Positions 39,305-53,447 are shown, counted from the first letter of the stretch. The stretch is DNA of 64,000 nt from Octopus sinensis (GCF_006345805.1 NC_043024.1:6758001-6822000), one strand, 5' to 3'. Made by a program: numbers and translations. Notes: generated from the sequence alone by a model not told the origin.

Positions 39305-40347
39305 TTGCAAGATTTTTGATGTGAAATCGTGTGTTGAAACAGATATTGTTGTATTTAGGAATGGTCATTTTGCTATATACATGCTCAATAGTTTGAACAA
39401 GAGAGGTAAATGATGCCTGATGAGCCTTCAGCATGTGAAACTACTTACTGTAATATTCATTTAACAATGATAGTAGAGAAAACCTGTGGATTGATTGCAA
39501 TACCCAATTTTTCAGAAAGACTATATACATACTCAGACAACACCATATGTAAATATATACAGTCACATACGCATAATCATTGCTATTGAACATGTGAATG
39601 TAGGGCAGAGGAATTAATTAGAATCAGAAAGGAAAATAGAAAATGAAAAGAGAGAGAGAAAAGGGAAGGTTTGTGAAGTAATTTACGTGAGACTCTCACA
39701 CACTTACAAGCACACTCATATATACATATATACAAACAAACATATACACACACACACACACACATAAGTGTGTGTATAGGTGTGTGTGTGTTCTGATAAA
39801 TAGTGTGTGTGGTGTGTGTGTTTGTGTTTGTGTGTGAGTGTGTACATATATTTATATATATACATACATATATATGCATATCCTTATATGCACATGTGTG
39901 TATACCATCATCATCATCGTTTAACGTCCACTTTCCATGCTGGCATGGGTTGGACGATTTGACTGAGGACTGGTGAACCAAATGGCTGCACCAGGTTCCA
40001 ATCTGATCCGGCAGAGTTTCTACGGCTGGATGCCCTTCCTAATGCCAACCACTCCGAGAGTGTAGTGGGTGCTTTTACATGCCACTGGCACAAGGGCCAG
40101 TCAGGCGGTACTGGCAATGGCCACGCTCAAATGGTGTTTTTTACGTGCCACCTGCACAGGAGCCAGTCTAGCAGCATTGGTAACGACCTCGCTCGAATGC
40201 TTTTTATGTGCCACCAGCACGGAAGCCAGTTTGCTGCTCTGTGGCAATGTGTATATGGTGTTGAGCACATATGTCTGTATGCATGTGTGTGTGTGTGTGA
40301 AGCCTTCTGTATTTGTTGTCAAATCATATACTTGTGTGTGACTCTGT

Positions 40348-40385
<38 letters not shown>

Positions 40386-40442
40386 TCACGTTCATTTGTG
40401 TGTGTATGTCATGTGTATGCATGTGTGATCATCATGTGTATG

Positions 40443-40536
<94 letters not shown>

Positions 40537-41158
40537 CATGTATGTATGCATGTATAAATGTGTGTGTTTATAAATGTATGTGTATTTGTGTGTCTGTGTG
40601 CATCTGTATGTGTATACATGCATAAGTACATACATACATATATATTTACACGCATATGTATGTATATGTGTGTGTGTGTGTGTGCATTACTACGTATATA
40701 TTGTTAATACATATATATATTCATATGAATATATCTGAAAGCACATGTGTGAGTTTGTGGTGTGCATGTGTGTGTGTGTGCATATGTGTGTGTGTGTATG
40801 GTGTGCATGCATATATTAGCTATAATTATTTAGTTCCAAAATAGAAATTAATCGAGGTATTTACTGATGGGAAATCATTTATTAATGAGTTTGCCAGTTT
40901 CTTAAAAATCTGACCATTCATTTATTTAGGCACTCATTCAATCACACATAGTAATATACAAGGGAGGGGCTACGCTGAATATGCCTATGTATGTGTGTGT
41001 GAGAGAGAGGAAGATATATATATATATAAATGTATGTGTGTGTGTGTATATATATATAGTCAATTCAAACATGAACAAGCAAGAAAAAAAAACCAAGCGA
41101 GGACATGATGTAAGTATAGTTTTATTGGGTGCTCAGGAAAGGAAAGAAAAGAAAGAGG

Positions 41159-41194
41159 ATTTCACGTTTCAAGCGGGAGCTCGTCATCAGAAAT
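41159..41194 (-). ncRNA. Minimal hammerhead motif with intact CUGAUGA/GAAA core (pLTR family B)
   Basis: attt-CTGATGA-c-GAGC-tccc-GCTT-GAAAC-GT-G-aaat. Confidence 0.6.
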
Positions 41195-41381
41195 ATAGGA
41201 AAAGTCCAAAGAAGGGAAACAGAGAAAAAAAATCATGGTTTGGTTCATGGTTATTGTGGTTGTTTTTCAACAAATTTTATTCAACAAAAACAACATGTAA
41301 CAAAAACATCTTTAAATGATTATTCTGGAGCATATTCACCATCCACTTCAATTACTGCTTGGCAGACGGTCAGATCATTAT

Positions 41382-41608
41382 TTAACCCTTTAGTATTCTG
41401 GTTACTCTGCCAAATGCAATGCTTCTGCCTTCACATTGATTTGAATTAATCATGCTTTATCTCATAGTTTGGGATTTCAATGGTGTGATTGTTTATTTTT
41501 AGAATGACATTGTAGGGTAGGTTTGAGAGGCCAAATCTGGCCAGTTTGGACATAAAACAAGTAGAATATTTGGGCTGGATAAGGGGCCGGTTTAAATGCT
41601 AAAGGGTC
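41382..41608. mobile_element. piggyBac-like MITE
   Basis: TTAA-CCCTTTAG... and ...CTAAAGGG-TCAA ends. Confidence 0.55.
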
Positions 41609-41725
41609 AAAGATGTTTTTGTTACATGTTATTGTTTTTGTTGAATAAAATTTGTTGAAAAAAACCCACAATAATTATGCCCCAACCCAATATATATATA
41701 CATGTATATATATGTATGTATGAAT

Positions 41726-41802
<77 letters not shown>

Positions 41803-43097
41803 CAGGGTGCGGTGAATAAATTGTTATCTAAATTATATAAAATTGAAAATAACACTGACATCTCATTTTAACAAATGTATTTACCACAATTACATAAAAA
41901 TATCTTAAAATAATAAAAAGTTAATTTATTCAACAGAATCCCCATTAGCTTCAACCATGATCTCCAGATCCCTTTGGAATCTCCTGCAACTCTTATGAAT
42001 GATCTCCTTGTTTAAGTTGGTGAATGCTGCCATAAGCCTTGCTTTCAGTTCATCTTTGGAATTTTGTTAGTCTCTCACTCAACTGAACCCCACACATAAT
42101 AATCAATGGGGTTGTAGTCTGGGGAGTTAGGTGGCCAGGTATTAGGGGTGATGTGGTCACAGAAATTGTCTCACAGCCATGACTGGGTTCTCCTGCTTGT
42201 GTGTACATGGTGTAGAGTCCTGTTGCCAAACATAGGGTCTTTCAGCAGCCACCCTCTTCTTCACTGAGAGCAGCACTACCTCAACCAGGCACTTGATGTA
42301 AGTAAGCCTCTGTGTGAGTCTGAGGCCATGTGGGAAGATTAATGGAGGCATAACATTGCCATCGCTAGTGGTCACTCCAAATACCATGATGTTGGCTGGA
42401 TGTTTGATTTTTATCACTCTCGGTTCAGGGACAGATCAGGCCATCGGTTGTTCTGTGAGTTCACCATCTGATCCTGGCAGAACTTTTTCTCATTTGAGAC
42501 AAACCAGAGCATTTTTTCGGCTGGAAAGGATGCTCGAGTTTGTTCAACAGCTCCAAAGCACAGTCATTCCCTTTGTCTTTCATGTCTTGGGATAAAAACT
42601 GGCCCTTTCTCATCTTTTATGAAGAATAACAAATGTCTTCATGCACTATCTGCCTGATAAGAAACTCAGACACTGCCATGTCCTTGGTGATGGATGGGAT
42701 TCACTTGGAGGAATCATTGTTAATCATGGCCTGGATCTCACCATCAATTTCAGGAGTTCTTTTCTTATCAGAAGGATCAGAGTGAGTTTTTTCAGCTGCC
42801 GTACCTTCGTAATCACCATTAAATTCATCCAACTCTTTCCATATCCTCTACACTGTCCTCAGATTAACATCCAAACACTCTGAGATGTTCCTATTGAAGC
42901 TTCTGGTGTGAATACCAAGCAGTACAGCCTGTTGTTTCCAAATTTCTGGCAGAGTGAATTGTGTCATGGTGCTATTTTCTCACGGATGGTGCCCAACTGA
43001 CCCTACTATACTGTGTAGTCGACAAAATCAGAAACAAACAATGCACATACATGAAATTAAAAATATAAAATGGCAACAATTTACCCATCATGCCCTG
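41803..43097 (-). mobile_element. Tc1/mariner DD37D (maT-type) transposon, full length but decayed
   Basis: Imperfect TIRs CAGGG...TAAATTGTT, TA on both sides, WQQDS...WPPNSPDYNPIDY with 37 residues between the second and third Asp after one frameshift correction. Confidence 0.85.
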
Positions 43098-43161
43098 TAT
43101 ATAAATATATATATATATGTGTGTGTGTGTGTGCATATATATATATACATACATACATACA

Positions 43162-43193
<32 letters not shown>

Positions 43194-43207
43194 CATACAT
43201 ACATACA

Positions 43208-43238
<31 letters not shown>

Positions 43239-43829
43239 GTATGTGTGTGTATGTTTCATGTATACCTATGTTTACATATATATATATATATATACATGTA
43301 TGTATCTATGTATATATTACGTATATATAGGGTACTGAAATATTGGTTGGTGTGGTAGTGCTGGAGGTGTTTTAGTAAGTGATGGTGACAGATGTGGTAG
43401 TTGTGTCTGGTGGTGGTGGCGGCAGCGATCATAATTACGATGATAACAATGATTGTGATGATGATGATGATGATGATGAAGATGGTGGTGGTGGTGGTGT
43501 GGTGGTGGTGGTGGTGGTCTCACTCCTACACACACCACTACCACCACCACTACCATTGCGGGCCATCACCACCTTCGCCGCCACTGCCAGCACTGCTACA
43601 TCCCCCACCACAACACAAAGAGTAATTAAAAATTAGAGAAAGGACTACGACAGGGTATTGTTCTGGTGACAATGGCCAAACCGTTTCAAGTTGGAACTTG
43701 CCTGGAATATGTCATTGTTGCTATTTAACCTCTGCTCAACCCTTTCGATTCAGCATATTAAAGACATTCTAACCCTGACCATTCCATCAATTTTAGGGAT
43801 AATCGAGGATTGTATTTTCATCTTTAATC

Positions 43830-44396
43830 TTTTACTTGTCTCAAGTCATTGGACTGCAGCTATGTTGGAGCACCATTTTCAAAGGGTTTCATTGAATGAA
43901 TTGACCCCAATCCTTTATTATCCTTCTTAAAGCCAGGTACTTAGTCTGTTACTGTCTTTTACAGAACTAAGTTACAGGGATATAAACAAACCAACATTGG
44001 TTGTCGAACAGTAGTAGGGGACAAGCATATACACAAAGGCACACATCAATATATTCTTTTATTCTTTTGCTTGTTTCAGTTATTTTGGCTGTGGCCATGC
44101 TGCAGCACCACGTTTTAGTCGAAGAAATCGCTCCCTGGACTTATTCTTTGTCAGCCTGGTCTTTATTCAATCAGTCACTTTCGCCAAACCAACATTGGTT
44201 GTCAAGCATATATATATATATATATATATATACAATAATATGACGGGCTTCTTTCAGCTTCCACCTACCAAACCCACTCACAAGGCTTTGGTCAGCCCAA
44301 GGCTATAAAAGAAGACACTTGCACAAGACTCCAAGCAATGGGACTGAAACTGGAACCCTGTGATTAGGAAGCAAGCTTCTTACCACACAGCTATGG

Positions 44397-44400
<4 letters not shown>
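43830..44400 (-). mobile_element. Tandem divergent family 1 SINE copies
   Basis: Consensus match. Confidence 0.7.
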
Positions 44401-44433
<33 letters not shown>

Positions 44434-44584
44434 TATACATGTATATGTATGTGTTCTCCAGTATTTTTGCTCCTTTTATATATATATTTATAAAGGGAAA
44501 GTTTACAAAAATAAACAAAAGACGAAGGCAGCTGGAGTACAAACAAACAAATGTATTAGTATAGCGCTCAGGAATAGAAAGAGT

Positions 44585-44620
44585 CTTTTACGTTTTGAGC
44601 CTATGCTCTTCTACAGAAAG
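44585..44620 (-). ncRNA. Minimal hammerhead motif (family A pLTR 44490-44690)
   Basis: cttt-CTGTAGA-a-GAGC-atag-GCTC-AAAAC-GT-A-aaag. Confidence 0.5.
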
Positions 44621-44760
44621 GGACACAGAAAAAAACAAGGAGAGAAACAAGGAGAGAAAAAAAATGCGTGTAGGAGCTAACGATCTATCATTATATATAT
44701 ATATATAATGTGGCTGTCCTACACATAAACATATAGAAATATATGTATATGTGTATATAT

Positions 44761-45178
44761 AGGCGCAGGAGTGGCTGTGTGGTAAGTAGCTTGCTTACCA
44801 ACCACATGGTTCCGGGTTCAGTCCCACTGCATGGCACCTTGGGCAAGTGTCTTCTACTATAGCGACGGGCCAACCAAAGCCTTGTGAGTTGATTTGATAG
44901 ACAGAAACTGAAAGAAGCCCGTCGTATATATGTTTATATATATGTATGTGTATGTGTTTGTGTGTCTGTGTTTGTACCCTCGCCCCCCCAACATCACTTG
45001 ACAACTGGTGCTGGTGTGTTTACGTCCCTGTAACTTAGCGGTTCGGCAAAAGATCCCGATAGAATAAGTACTAGGAATACAAAGAATAAGTCATGGGGTC
45101 GATTTGCTCGGCTAAAGGTGGTGCTCCAGCATGGCCGCAGTCAAATGATTGAAACAAGTAAAAGAGTAAAAGAGAGAG
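44761..45178 (+). mobile_element. SINE family 1 (well-preserved copy)
   Basis: GGCGCAGGAGTGGCTGTGTGG... to GAGTAAAAGAG tail. Confidence 0.9.
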
Positions 45179-45204
45179 GAAGTATATGTATATATATACC
45201 TATA

Positions 45205-45885
45205 TCATCATCATCATCATTTCACATTCGTTTTTCACGCTGACATGGGTTGGACGATTTGATTGGGGGACTGGCAAGCCAATCTGATGTGGCAAGGTTT
45301 CTCCAGCAGCATGCCCTTCCTAACACCAAGGACTCCAAGAGTGTAGTGGGTGCTTTTTACATGCCAGTTGTATGGGAGCCAGTCAAGCAGCACTGGCATA
45401 AACCACATTTGGGTGGTGCTCTTTACGTGCCACCAGCACAGAAGCCAGTCAGGTGGAACTGGCATCGACCCACGCTTGAATAGTGCTTATGTGCCACCTG
45501 TACAGGTTCCAGTCAGGTGGGACTGGCATAGGGCGTCAACTACAATTTCCCTTTTGATTTTGATTTGATTTTGGTTTTTTATTTTACTTGACTCAATAAG
45601 TCTTCTCAAGGGCAGCGTATCACCTGATGATTCAAGGGTACTTTTAAAATGGGCTGCTTATGCAACACTAGTGTAGGCTATGGCTGTGATCTCACTTTAC
45701 TTGCCGGGTCTTCTCAATCACAGCATAACTCCAGAGGTCTCAGTCTCTTGTCATTGCCTCTGTGAGGCCCAATGTTTAAAGGTAATACTTCACAACCTCA
45801 TCCTATGTCTTCCTGGGTCTCCCTCTTCCACGGGTTCCTTCCACTGTTAGGGTGTAACACTTCTTGACACAGCTCTCCTCATCCA
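45205..45885 (-). mobile_element. RTE LINE 3' fragment
   Basis: GRPRKT-coding region and (GAT)n tail. Confidence 0.75.
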
Positions 45886-46425
45886 TGATGGATCTCTTTC
45901 AGTTTCCATCTACCAAATCCATTCACAAGGCTTTGAGAGTAGAAGCACCTGGCCAAGGTGTTCCTCAGTGAGATTGAACCCAGACACATGTGAATGGGAA
46001 GCATGATTCTTACCACACAGCCATACCCCCACCTGTGTGTATGTAATCTCTGTATCATAAAAGCTGATGTAAATGTTGGTCAGTCAATTGGTTTGTTGGT
46101 TGGTTGGATGGTTGGTTTTCTACAGTCACACTTTACATAGAGGAATGGGGGGGTAAGAGAGAGAGAGAGAAAGAAAGAAAGAGAGAAAGAGAGATAATGG
46201 TGTAAGTTAACATAAAAAGTGAAGGATGAGTGCACATACTAGGTTTGGTGGCAGGTAATGATGAAAGGAATCCTACACACACACTATGGTGAGAGTGAAA
46301 AAGAAACAGAGGAGGGGGAGGAGGCAGATGAGGGCATATACTAGGCTTGGTGGTAGGCAATGATCAAAGGAATACTACACACACACACTGTCGTGAGAGA
46401 GGAAAAGAGACATAGATACAGATGG

Positions 46426-46458
<33 letters not shown>

Positions 46459-47478
46459 CAATGATGATGACGATGATGATGACGATGATGATGGTAGTGA
46501 CAGTGGTGGTGGCGATGACAAGGAGGAGGAGGAGGAGGACCGAGTAATTGGTTGTAGCCAGAAAAGAAAGGCTCTACAATATTTAATAATTATCATAATG
46601 ACTATTTCCCCTTAGATACTTTTCAGTGGAAACTGTTCGTTAGCAGAGTCACTTTTTGCTTGTTTGTTTGTTTTCTGTCCCTTTAATCACTTAAAGCTGT
46701 TCATTTGCTAACTTAAGAATTTATACCAAACTTTCCCAACTGAATATGCCATTATTACAATTGCTACCATAATATCACTACACTTTTGCCACCCTGGGTA
46801 ATACCAGGGTATATGGCATACATGCAATAATTATAACTGAACTTTTATCAAAACTACCCTTGGGGCCAAAAGTATACTTCCAAAGGCAGCCATCATATGA
46901 TGGCTAACACTCAGATATGTACATATTAAGAGGCAATTAAGGCTGTTTGTGACTTTTACTTTCACTTTTATCTTTTGTTTAAACTTTTACTTAATTGTTT
47001 TTGTCATTAGGCTGTGGCCATGCTGGGGCACTGTCTCAAAGAATTTTGGTTGAATGAATTGATCTCTGTACTCGATTTTCTGTTTTTTTTTTGTTTTTTT
47101 TAAAACCAGGTAATTATTCTATTAGTCTCTTTTGCCAAGCTGCTGATTTACAAGGGTGTAAACCATGTTTGGGTAACCTGTGACCCTCAATATGTTGTGT
47201 GGCCCTCAAAGAGTTTCTAGGTTATTAATTTCATACTAAGACAAATACAATTTCGTGCTAAGACAAATAAAATTAAGAACTGCAAAAAAATTCAGTGTAA
47301 AGTGGGCAAGTATTATTTCATGCATATGTGTTTTATCATGCGACCCTCTCTCACTTGGAAATGGTACGATGGGGTCCCAGTTGATGAAAAGTTGCCCATC
47401 CCGGGTGTGAACAGACCAATACTAGTTGTCAAATGGTGGTGGGGACAAACATGGACACAAAAACACACACACACACAC

Positions 47479-48170
47479 CAGGCCTGTTGCTAGACTCTGG
47501 TGCCTGGGGGTACTTCAGAATATTCTGGATGGGCACTAATTTGTATAGCGGGAAAATTTTTGTAAACTATTGTTGTATTTTGAGATGGTCATTTTATTAA
47601 TTTTTTTTTAATTTTATTTTCTTGTGAAATATTTTTGCAAACTGTATTTCCTAAATCTGAAGGTGAACCATTGACTAGTGAAGGGGTACCCCCTTAGCAA
47701 TGGGAATGTTAGTCAGATTTCAAGACATGTCTGTGCCGGTGGCAGATAAAAAGCACTATCCGATCGTGGCCGTTTGCCAGCCCCATCTAGCACCTGTGCT
47801 GGTGGCACGTAAAAAGCACCCACTACACTCATGGAGTGGTTGGCGTTAGGAAGGGCATCCAGCCGTAGAAACATTGCCAGACCAGACTGGGCCTGGTGCA
47901 GCCTTCTGTCTTCCCAGACCCCAGTTGAACCGTCCAACCCATGTCAGCATGGAAAGTGGACGCTAAACGATGATGATGATGATGATGATGATGATATAGC
48001 AGGAAGATTTTTGTAAACTATCATTAATTTTGGGATGGTCATTTTAAAATTTTTTTTATTTTCTTGCCAAATGTTTTTGTAAACTATATTTTCTAAATCT
48101 GAAGATGCACCATTGTTTAGTGAGGGGGGGGGGGCAGTGCCATCCAGTACTTCACCTTAGTGACAGGCAT
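47479..48170. mobile_element. Non-autonomous TIR element with internal direct repeats and an inserted RTE tail (47725-47995)
   Basis: CAGGCCTGTTGCTAG vs TTAGTGACAGGCATG ends; 47556-47695 resembles 48010-48130. Confidence 0.5.
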
Positions 48171-48512
48171 GACACACATACATAAATATGCTTCCTTCTA
48201 GATTTATTTGTTCTTGTTTTCAGATGCTAAATCATTTAATTATTGGCTATATCCACCTTATCAAAGCACAACAGGCTCTAAAGATGAAATGAAAAAAGAT
48301 TAGCTGCAATTTATTTAACATGATGTTTCATAGAATTATGATAATATTGTTAGACAGTATTTAAACAAGACAATTGGGTAAACATAGGGTGAGGTACTTG
48401 CTCAATACTTTGGGTATGGTGCTCATATTCACCACACAATGTGAGTTTGATAAACTTTCAAGTATATGCATTATTTACAATGAATATTCTTTGTGTGTTT
48501 GTGTGTGTGTGC

Positions 48513-48553
<41 letters not shown>

Positions 48554-48744
48554 CTTTTTTTTGTTATTTTTAATTTCTCTCAAATTATAAAATATTCCCA
48601 TTCTGTTCGTATCACCTTGTATGCCTGTTATCCTCATCATGATCACCATTGTTGTTTTACTCTCACTTTCCATACTGGCATGGGTTGGAGGTGTCATTGC
48701 AATTATTGTCAGAATACATTTGCAAGTATTGCTTATTAAGGTTA

Positions 48745-49195
48745 GAGAATGTTGTCTCGATCAGGATATATTTTTGGCCAGGTTATTAAAGTAGAGGGAA
48801 ATTGTGGAAGGTGTAGACCCAGGAATACACAGGACGAAGTTCTGAAGGCCGATTTCAAAACACTGAACCTTAGAACGGAGATGACAGAGGACTTAGATAT
48901 GTAGTGCAATGCTGTGCTTGAGAAGACCCACCCACCACAACAGAATCAAGATCCTAAAACTAAGATGCTGTGTAAAAAGCTCTGATGCTGGTGCCACATG
49001 AAAAGTACCTTTGATGGTACCACATAAAAAACACCCAATACACTCTGTGAAGTGATTGTTGTTAGGAAGGACATCCAGCTGTAGAAATGAAGCCAAAACG
49101 GACTCTGGAACCTGGTGTGGCGCCTGGCCTTCCCAGCTCCTGTCAAGTCATCCAACCCATGCCAGCATGGAAAATGAACGTTAAATGATGATGAT
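48745..49195 (+). mobile_element. RTE LINE 3' fragment
   Basis: Degraded GRPR...EVLKADFKTL region and (GAT)n tail. Confidence 0.65.
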
Positions 49196-49762
49196 GGTGT
49201 TATTTCATCTGGACACCCTTCCTAATATCATCACCTTACAAGCTGTTACTTAGTGCACTGCTTGTGGCACCAGCTTTAGAGAGGTGGTCATGTCCTGTAA
49301 AAGAGTAAAAGCGCCTTAAACTGTCACACTTAACGAGTTGTGTTTATGAATGCATGTATATTTAATTGTGTATACCAGACTTTTAATCACCCAGGAGACT
49401 GTTTGCAACATCAGTAAATGATCAATTCACTGTTTCCTATTTCAAAAGTGAGGAATTCTCCTCTGAAAATGTGACTAGCTGCAAGAATGTGTCATTGAAA
49501 AGGTCTAAAAAAGGCTGAAACATATCCAACACATTCACCAGCTGCTGCTGTGAGGAGAAATTTATATCTCCCTCTGATATTTATTGTGTTTTTAACAGTC
49601 CTTAAGAGATTCTATATCAAAACAAATTCTGCAGTAACAGTCCTATTAACAGTACTCGCTTATCTTTTATTTGTTTCAATCATTAGACATGTAGACCACG
49701 TGTGTACCGTTGGCGATTTATTTTCCTCCGTCTTCCCTTCTCTGGATCTTTCCTTTTCCTAT

Positions 49763-49797
49763 GTTTCTGACGAAGAGCTCCACTCAAAACATAAAAC
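49763..49797 (+). ncRNA. Minimal hammerhead motif (family B pLTR 49690-49890)
   Basis: gttt-CTGACGA-a-GAG-ctcca-CTC-AAAAC-AT-A-aaac. Confidence 0.5.
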
Positions 49798-49893
49798 CCT
49801 CCTTCTTCCCTTCCTTCCTGAGCGTCCAATAATACTATATTTGTTTCACGTCCTCGCGTTGTTGTGTTTTCTCTTTGTGTTTGGATTAACTTT

Positions 49894-49975
<82 letters not shown>

Positions 49976-49989
49976 AATTGAGATTCAGT

Positions 49990-50842
49990 TGAATTAGGTA
50001 CTTACGTTGAAGCACCAAGTCAGCACGGTATTATCCATAAACTCTAAGTAAGGTGAATAAAATCAAAATAAGCAACAGGATATCCAGAGGTGATGCAGTA
50101 CGACCGTTTCAAGCGGCTCCATTTAATTGAACAATGCAATCATTATTTTATTTTTAACATCATTTTTAGTAATCTTGATTTTTATATTTATACAACATAA
50201 CAATATTGTTTATATACAATCATCCATGGTAATTTCCTCTGTATTAACATCATAGGTTTTATTAGCGTCTTAACCCTTTAACTGGTAATTAACATCTTGA
50301 TTTGGGGTCTTCCCCTACCCAGGCTAGACACAAATCCTAAAATCCTGACTATATTTATGACCATACCCAACTATAAACTGTCAACCCACTCCTGTCCTCC
50401 ATTCTAAACAGACACTGTCCTCTAGCCTTAGATTTAGTCGTTGATAAAAAAAAAGACTAATAAATTAAAAGTGAACCACAATCCTTTACAAGCTATGGCC
50501 CTAACAAACACCATACAGTTCTTAGAAGTGCAGTATATTCTTAGCTACATTAGTAGCAACATGGACTCTTTTCCTCTTCTTGTTCTATTAGAGAATTTGA
50601 ATAAAATTATATTAATGTGTCCAACTGATTAAAAATTCTATTTATTTAAGCAACTGAAGATAGCCCTACATTTAAATTAATGTAATGATTGCTTTGTTCA
50701 ATTAAATGGAGCCTCTTGAAATGGTCGTACTGCATCACCTCTGGATATCCTGTTGCTTATTTTGATTTTATTCACCTTACTTTGAAGTTGTACGGATAAT
50801 ACTGCACTAATTTTTGGTGCTTCAACTTAAGTATCTAATTCA
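49990..50842. mobile_element. Non-autonomous DNA transposon with about 150 bp TIRs
   Basis: 49990-50145 is the reverse complement of 50677-50842. Confidence 0.8.
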
Positions 50843-50905
50843 TCTGTGTATATATATACACATATATATATATACGTATATATATCTATATGTATATATA
50901 TATAC

Positions 50906-50955
<50 letters not shown>

Positions 50956-51127
50956 GTATATGTATATAATAATATAAGGGTAAATAATTATTAATTTTAA
51001 AATCAACAATTATTACCAAGTAGTTTTCAGTATGAAATATAACCATTAACGGTAGGAACTTTTACAAAAAGTTCTTTATATATATATATATATTTATATA
51101 TACACACGTTGTTAATTCTGATTTTCA

Positions 51128-51161
<34 letters not shown>

Positions 51162-51162
51162 G

Positions 51163-51194
<32 letters not shown>

Positions 51195-51204
51195 CATACG
51201 TTGT

Positions 51205-51583
51205 TGATTCTGATTTTCATTGAGTTCATGTGGAACCCACTTATCCAACTTTTTAACTTTACCAATTTGAACTATGTGAGTCAATATTGTTTGCTTGCCA
51301 ACACAACACCAAACAACAACGATAATTCACGGGCACATTGAGATGGATCTGACTCGACGGTGGCTTTCAGTTCGTCATTATCCACCTTTGTTTCTGGTCG
51401 ACTGTGTTGTTCATTTGTGAGGTCAAAGTTACCAGAACGAAATTTTGCAAACCAATTTCATACTGTCTGCTGTGTAATAACATTAGAATGGAATATTCCA
51501 TTAATATTCCGAGCTATCTGCGGTGCTGTATTTCCAAGAAAGAACTCATATTTCAAAGCTGTACGAATTTCCAACTTATCCAT
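51205..51583 (-). pseudogene. Mariner transposase N-terminal remnant
   Basis: MDKLEIRTALKYEF...WFAKFRSGNFDL...KVKKLDKWVPHELNENQ; internal stop and frameshift. Confidence 0.85.
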
Positions 51584-52134
51584 CTCTGAACAAAAATAGC
51601 AAAAAACGATTTATAAATACTTTATAAAGTGCAAAATGAGTTAGAATAAAGAAATAGATGTATCAGCTTTCTAACAAGAAGTAAAGATTGTCAAAATATA
51701 ATAATGACGCAAAATGAGCGGCTGTCAAAGTTTACCATATACTTTACTACAAATTTCATACTAGATGACCTAATATATAGGTGAAAAACTTTGAACTTTA
51801 CAAGAAGTACGATTGGACATTTATTTTAAATTTCCAACCATACTCCTTCCTGTTGACTCCAGATATTTTCAATGATCCCTTCACACACAACAGAAGCCCA
51901 AATGCAAATCTGGAAGTATGTATAATATTACAGGGTAGCACAGTGAAATCTGAAGGTAGACGATCTTTATACTTTACTCTACTACATTCTTAACAGAATA
52001 TACCATAACTATATACATGTGTGTGTGTGTGTGTGTGTGTGCGTGAGTCTGCAACAGGGTTCATATGTACATATATACTTACACATATACATAGATTATG
52101 TGCATTTAACTATTTACAAACACACAAACTCTGA

Positions 52135-52165
<31 letters not shown>

Positions 52166-52287
52166 TTTTAGTAATTCAAATAAATTTTCCTGCAAACTAT
52201 TTTCTCAAGTTTACCTCACTTCAATGTTAAGCAAAACTGTTTCATTATTCATAATGCTTTGTGACTGTGTCTGGTGTTTATAGTAAG

Positions 52288-52326
<39 letters not shown>

Positions 52327-52699
52327 AGAAGGATGAGAGAGAAAGAGAGAGAGGAAGAGAGAGAGAGAGGTAGAGAGGGAGGGAGGAGATTGTGAGTGGG
52401 AGGAAGAGAAAATGAAAATAATAAAAACAGTTTGTGAAAGAAGAGAGAATAGATAGGTCTGGGGTAGCTTATCTTCTGTGTTTAACGACTGCGTTCTTCG
52501 TTAGCAAGGTCATTTATGTAAGGAGGATTAATGTTAATGATTGGCCGCAGGGTGTAAGTAAGTAGTGCAGGATGTTGGGGTGGGATGTGGGATGTGGGAT
52601 TGGGATGTGAGATAGGGGATGTAGGATGTGGGTTAGGGCCAGTGGGTGTGGGGACGTTTAATCTGATGAGACCCTCGGTTTTTCTGTGACTTGATATGG

Positions 52700-52797
52700 T
52701 GGATAGATAGAGAAATAGATAGATAGATAGATAGGCAGATAGACAGACAGACAGACTGATAGATATGGTAGAAAGATAGACAGATAGATAGATAGAT

Positions 52798-52891
<94 letters not shown>

Positions 52892-52980
52892 GTAGATAGA
52901 GAAATAGATAGATAGATAGGCAGATAGGCAGACAGACAGACTGATAGATATGGTAGAAAGATAGACAGATAGATAGATAG

Positions 52981-53053
<73 letters not shown>

Positions 53054-53054
53054 T

Positions 53055-53115
<61 letters not shown>

Positions 53116-53202
53116 GTAGATAGAGAAATAGATAGATAGATAGGCAGATAGACAGACAGACAGACTGATAGATATGGTAGAAAGATAGACAGATAGATAG
53201 AT

Positions 53203-53289
<87 letters not shown>

Positions 53290-53402
53290 CAGACAGATAG
53301 ATATGGTAGAAAGATAGACAGATAGGTAGATAGGCAGATAAAGAGAAATGGTAGATATGTAGATATGTAGAAAGGCAGATATGTAGATATGCAGATAGAT
53401 AA

Positions 53403-53447
<45 letters not shown>

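Noticed and set aside
39410-39450. CTGATGAG...GAAAC possible hammerhead
   Set aside because: Stem II and stem I do not pair convincingly
44761-44840. tRNA-like sequences with A and B boxes
   Set aside because: SINE heads followed by SINE bodies, with no complete cloverleaf; not tRNA genes
52655-52690. CTGATGAGACCCTCGGT possible hammerhead
   Set aside because: No GAAA after the hairpin
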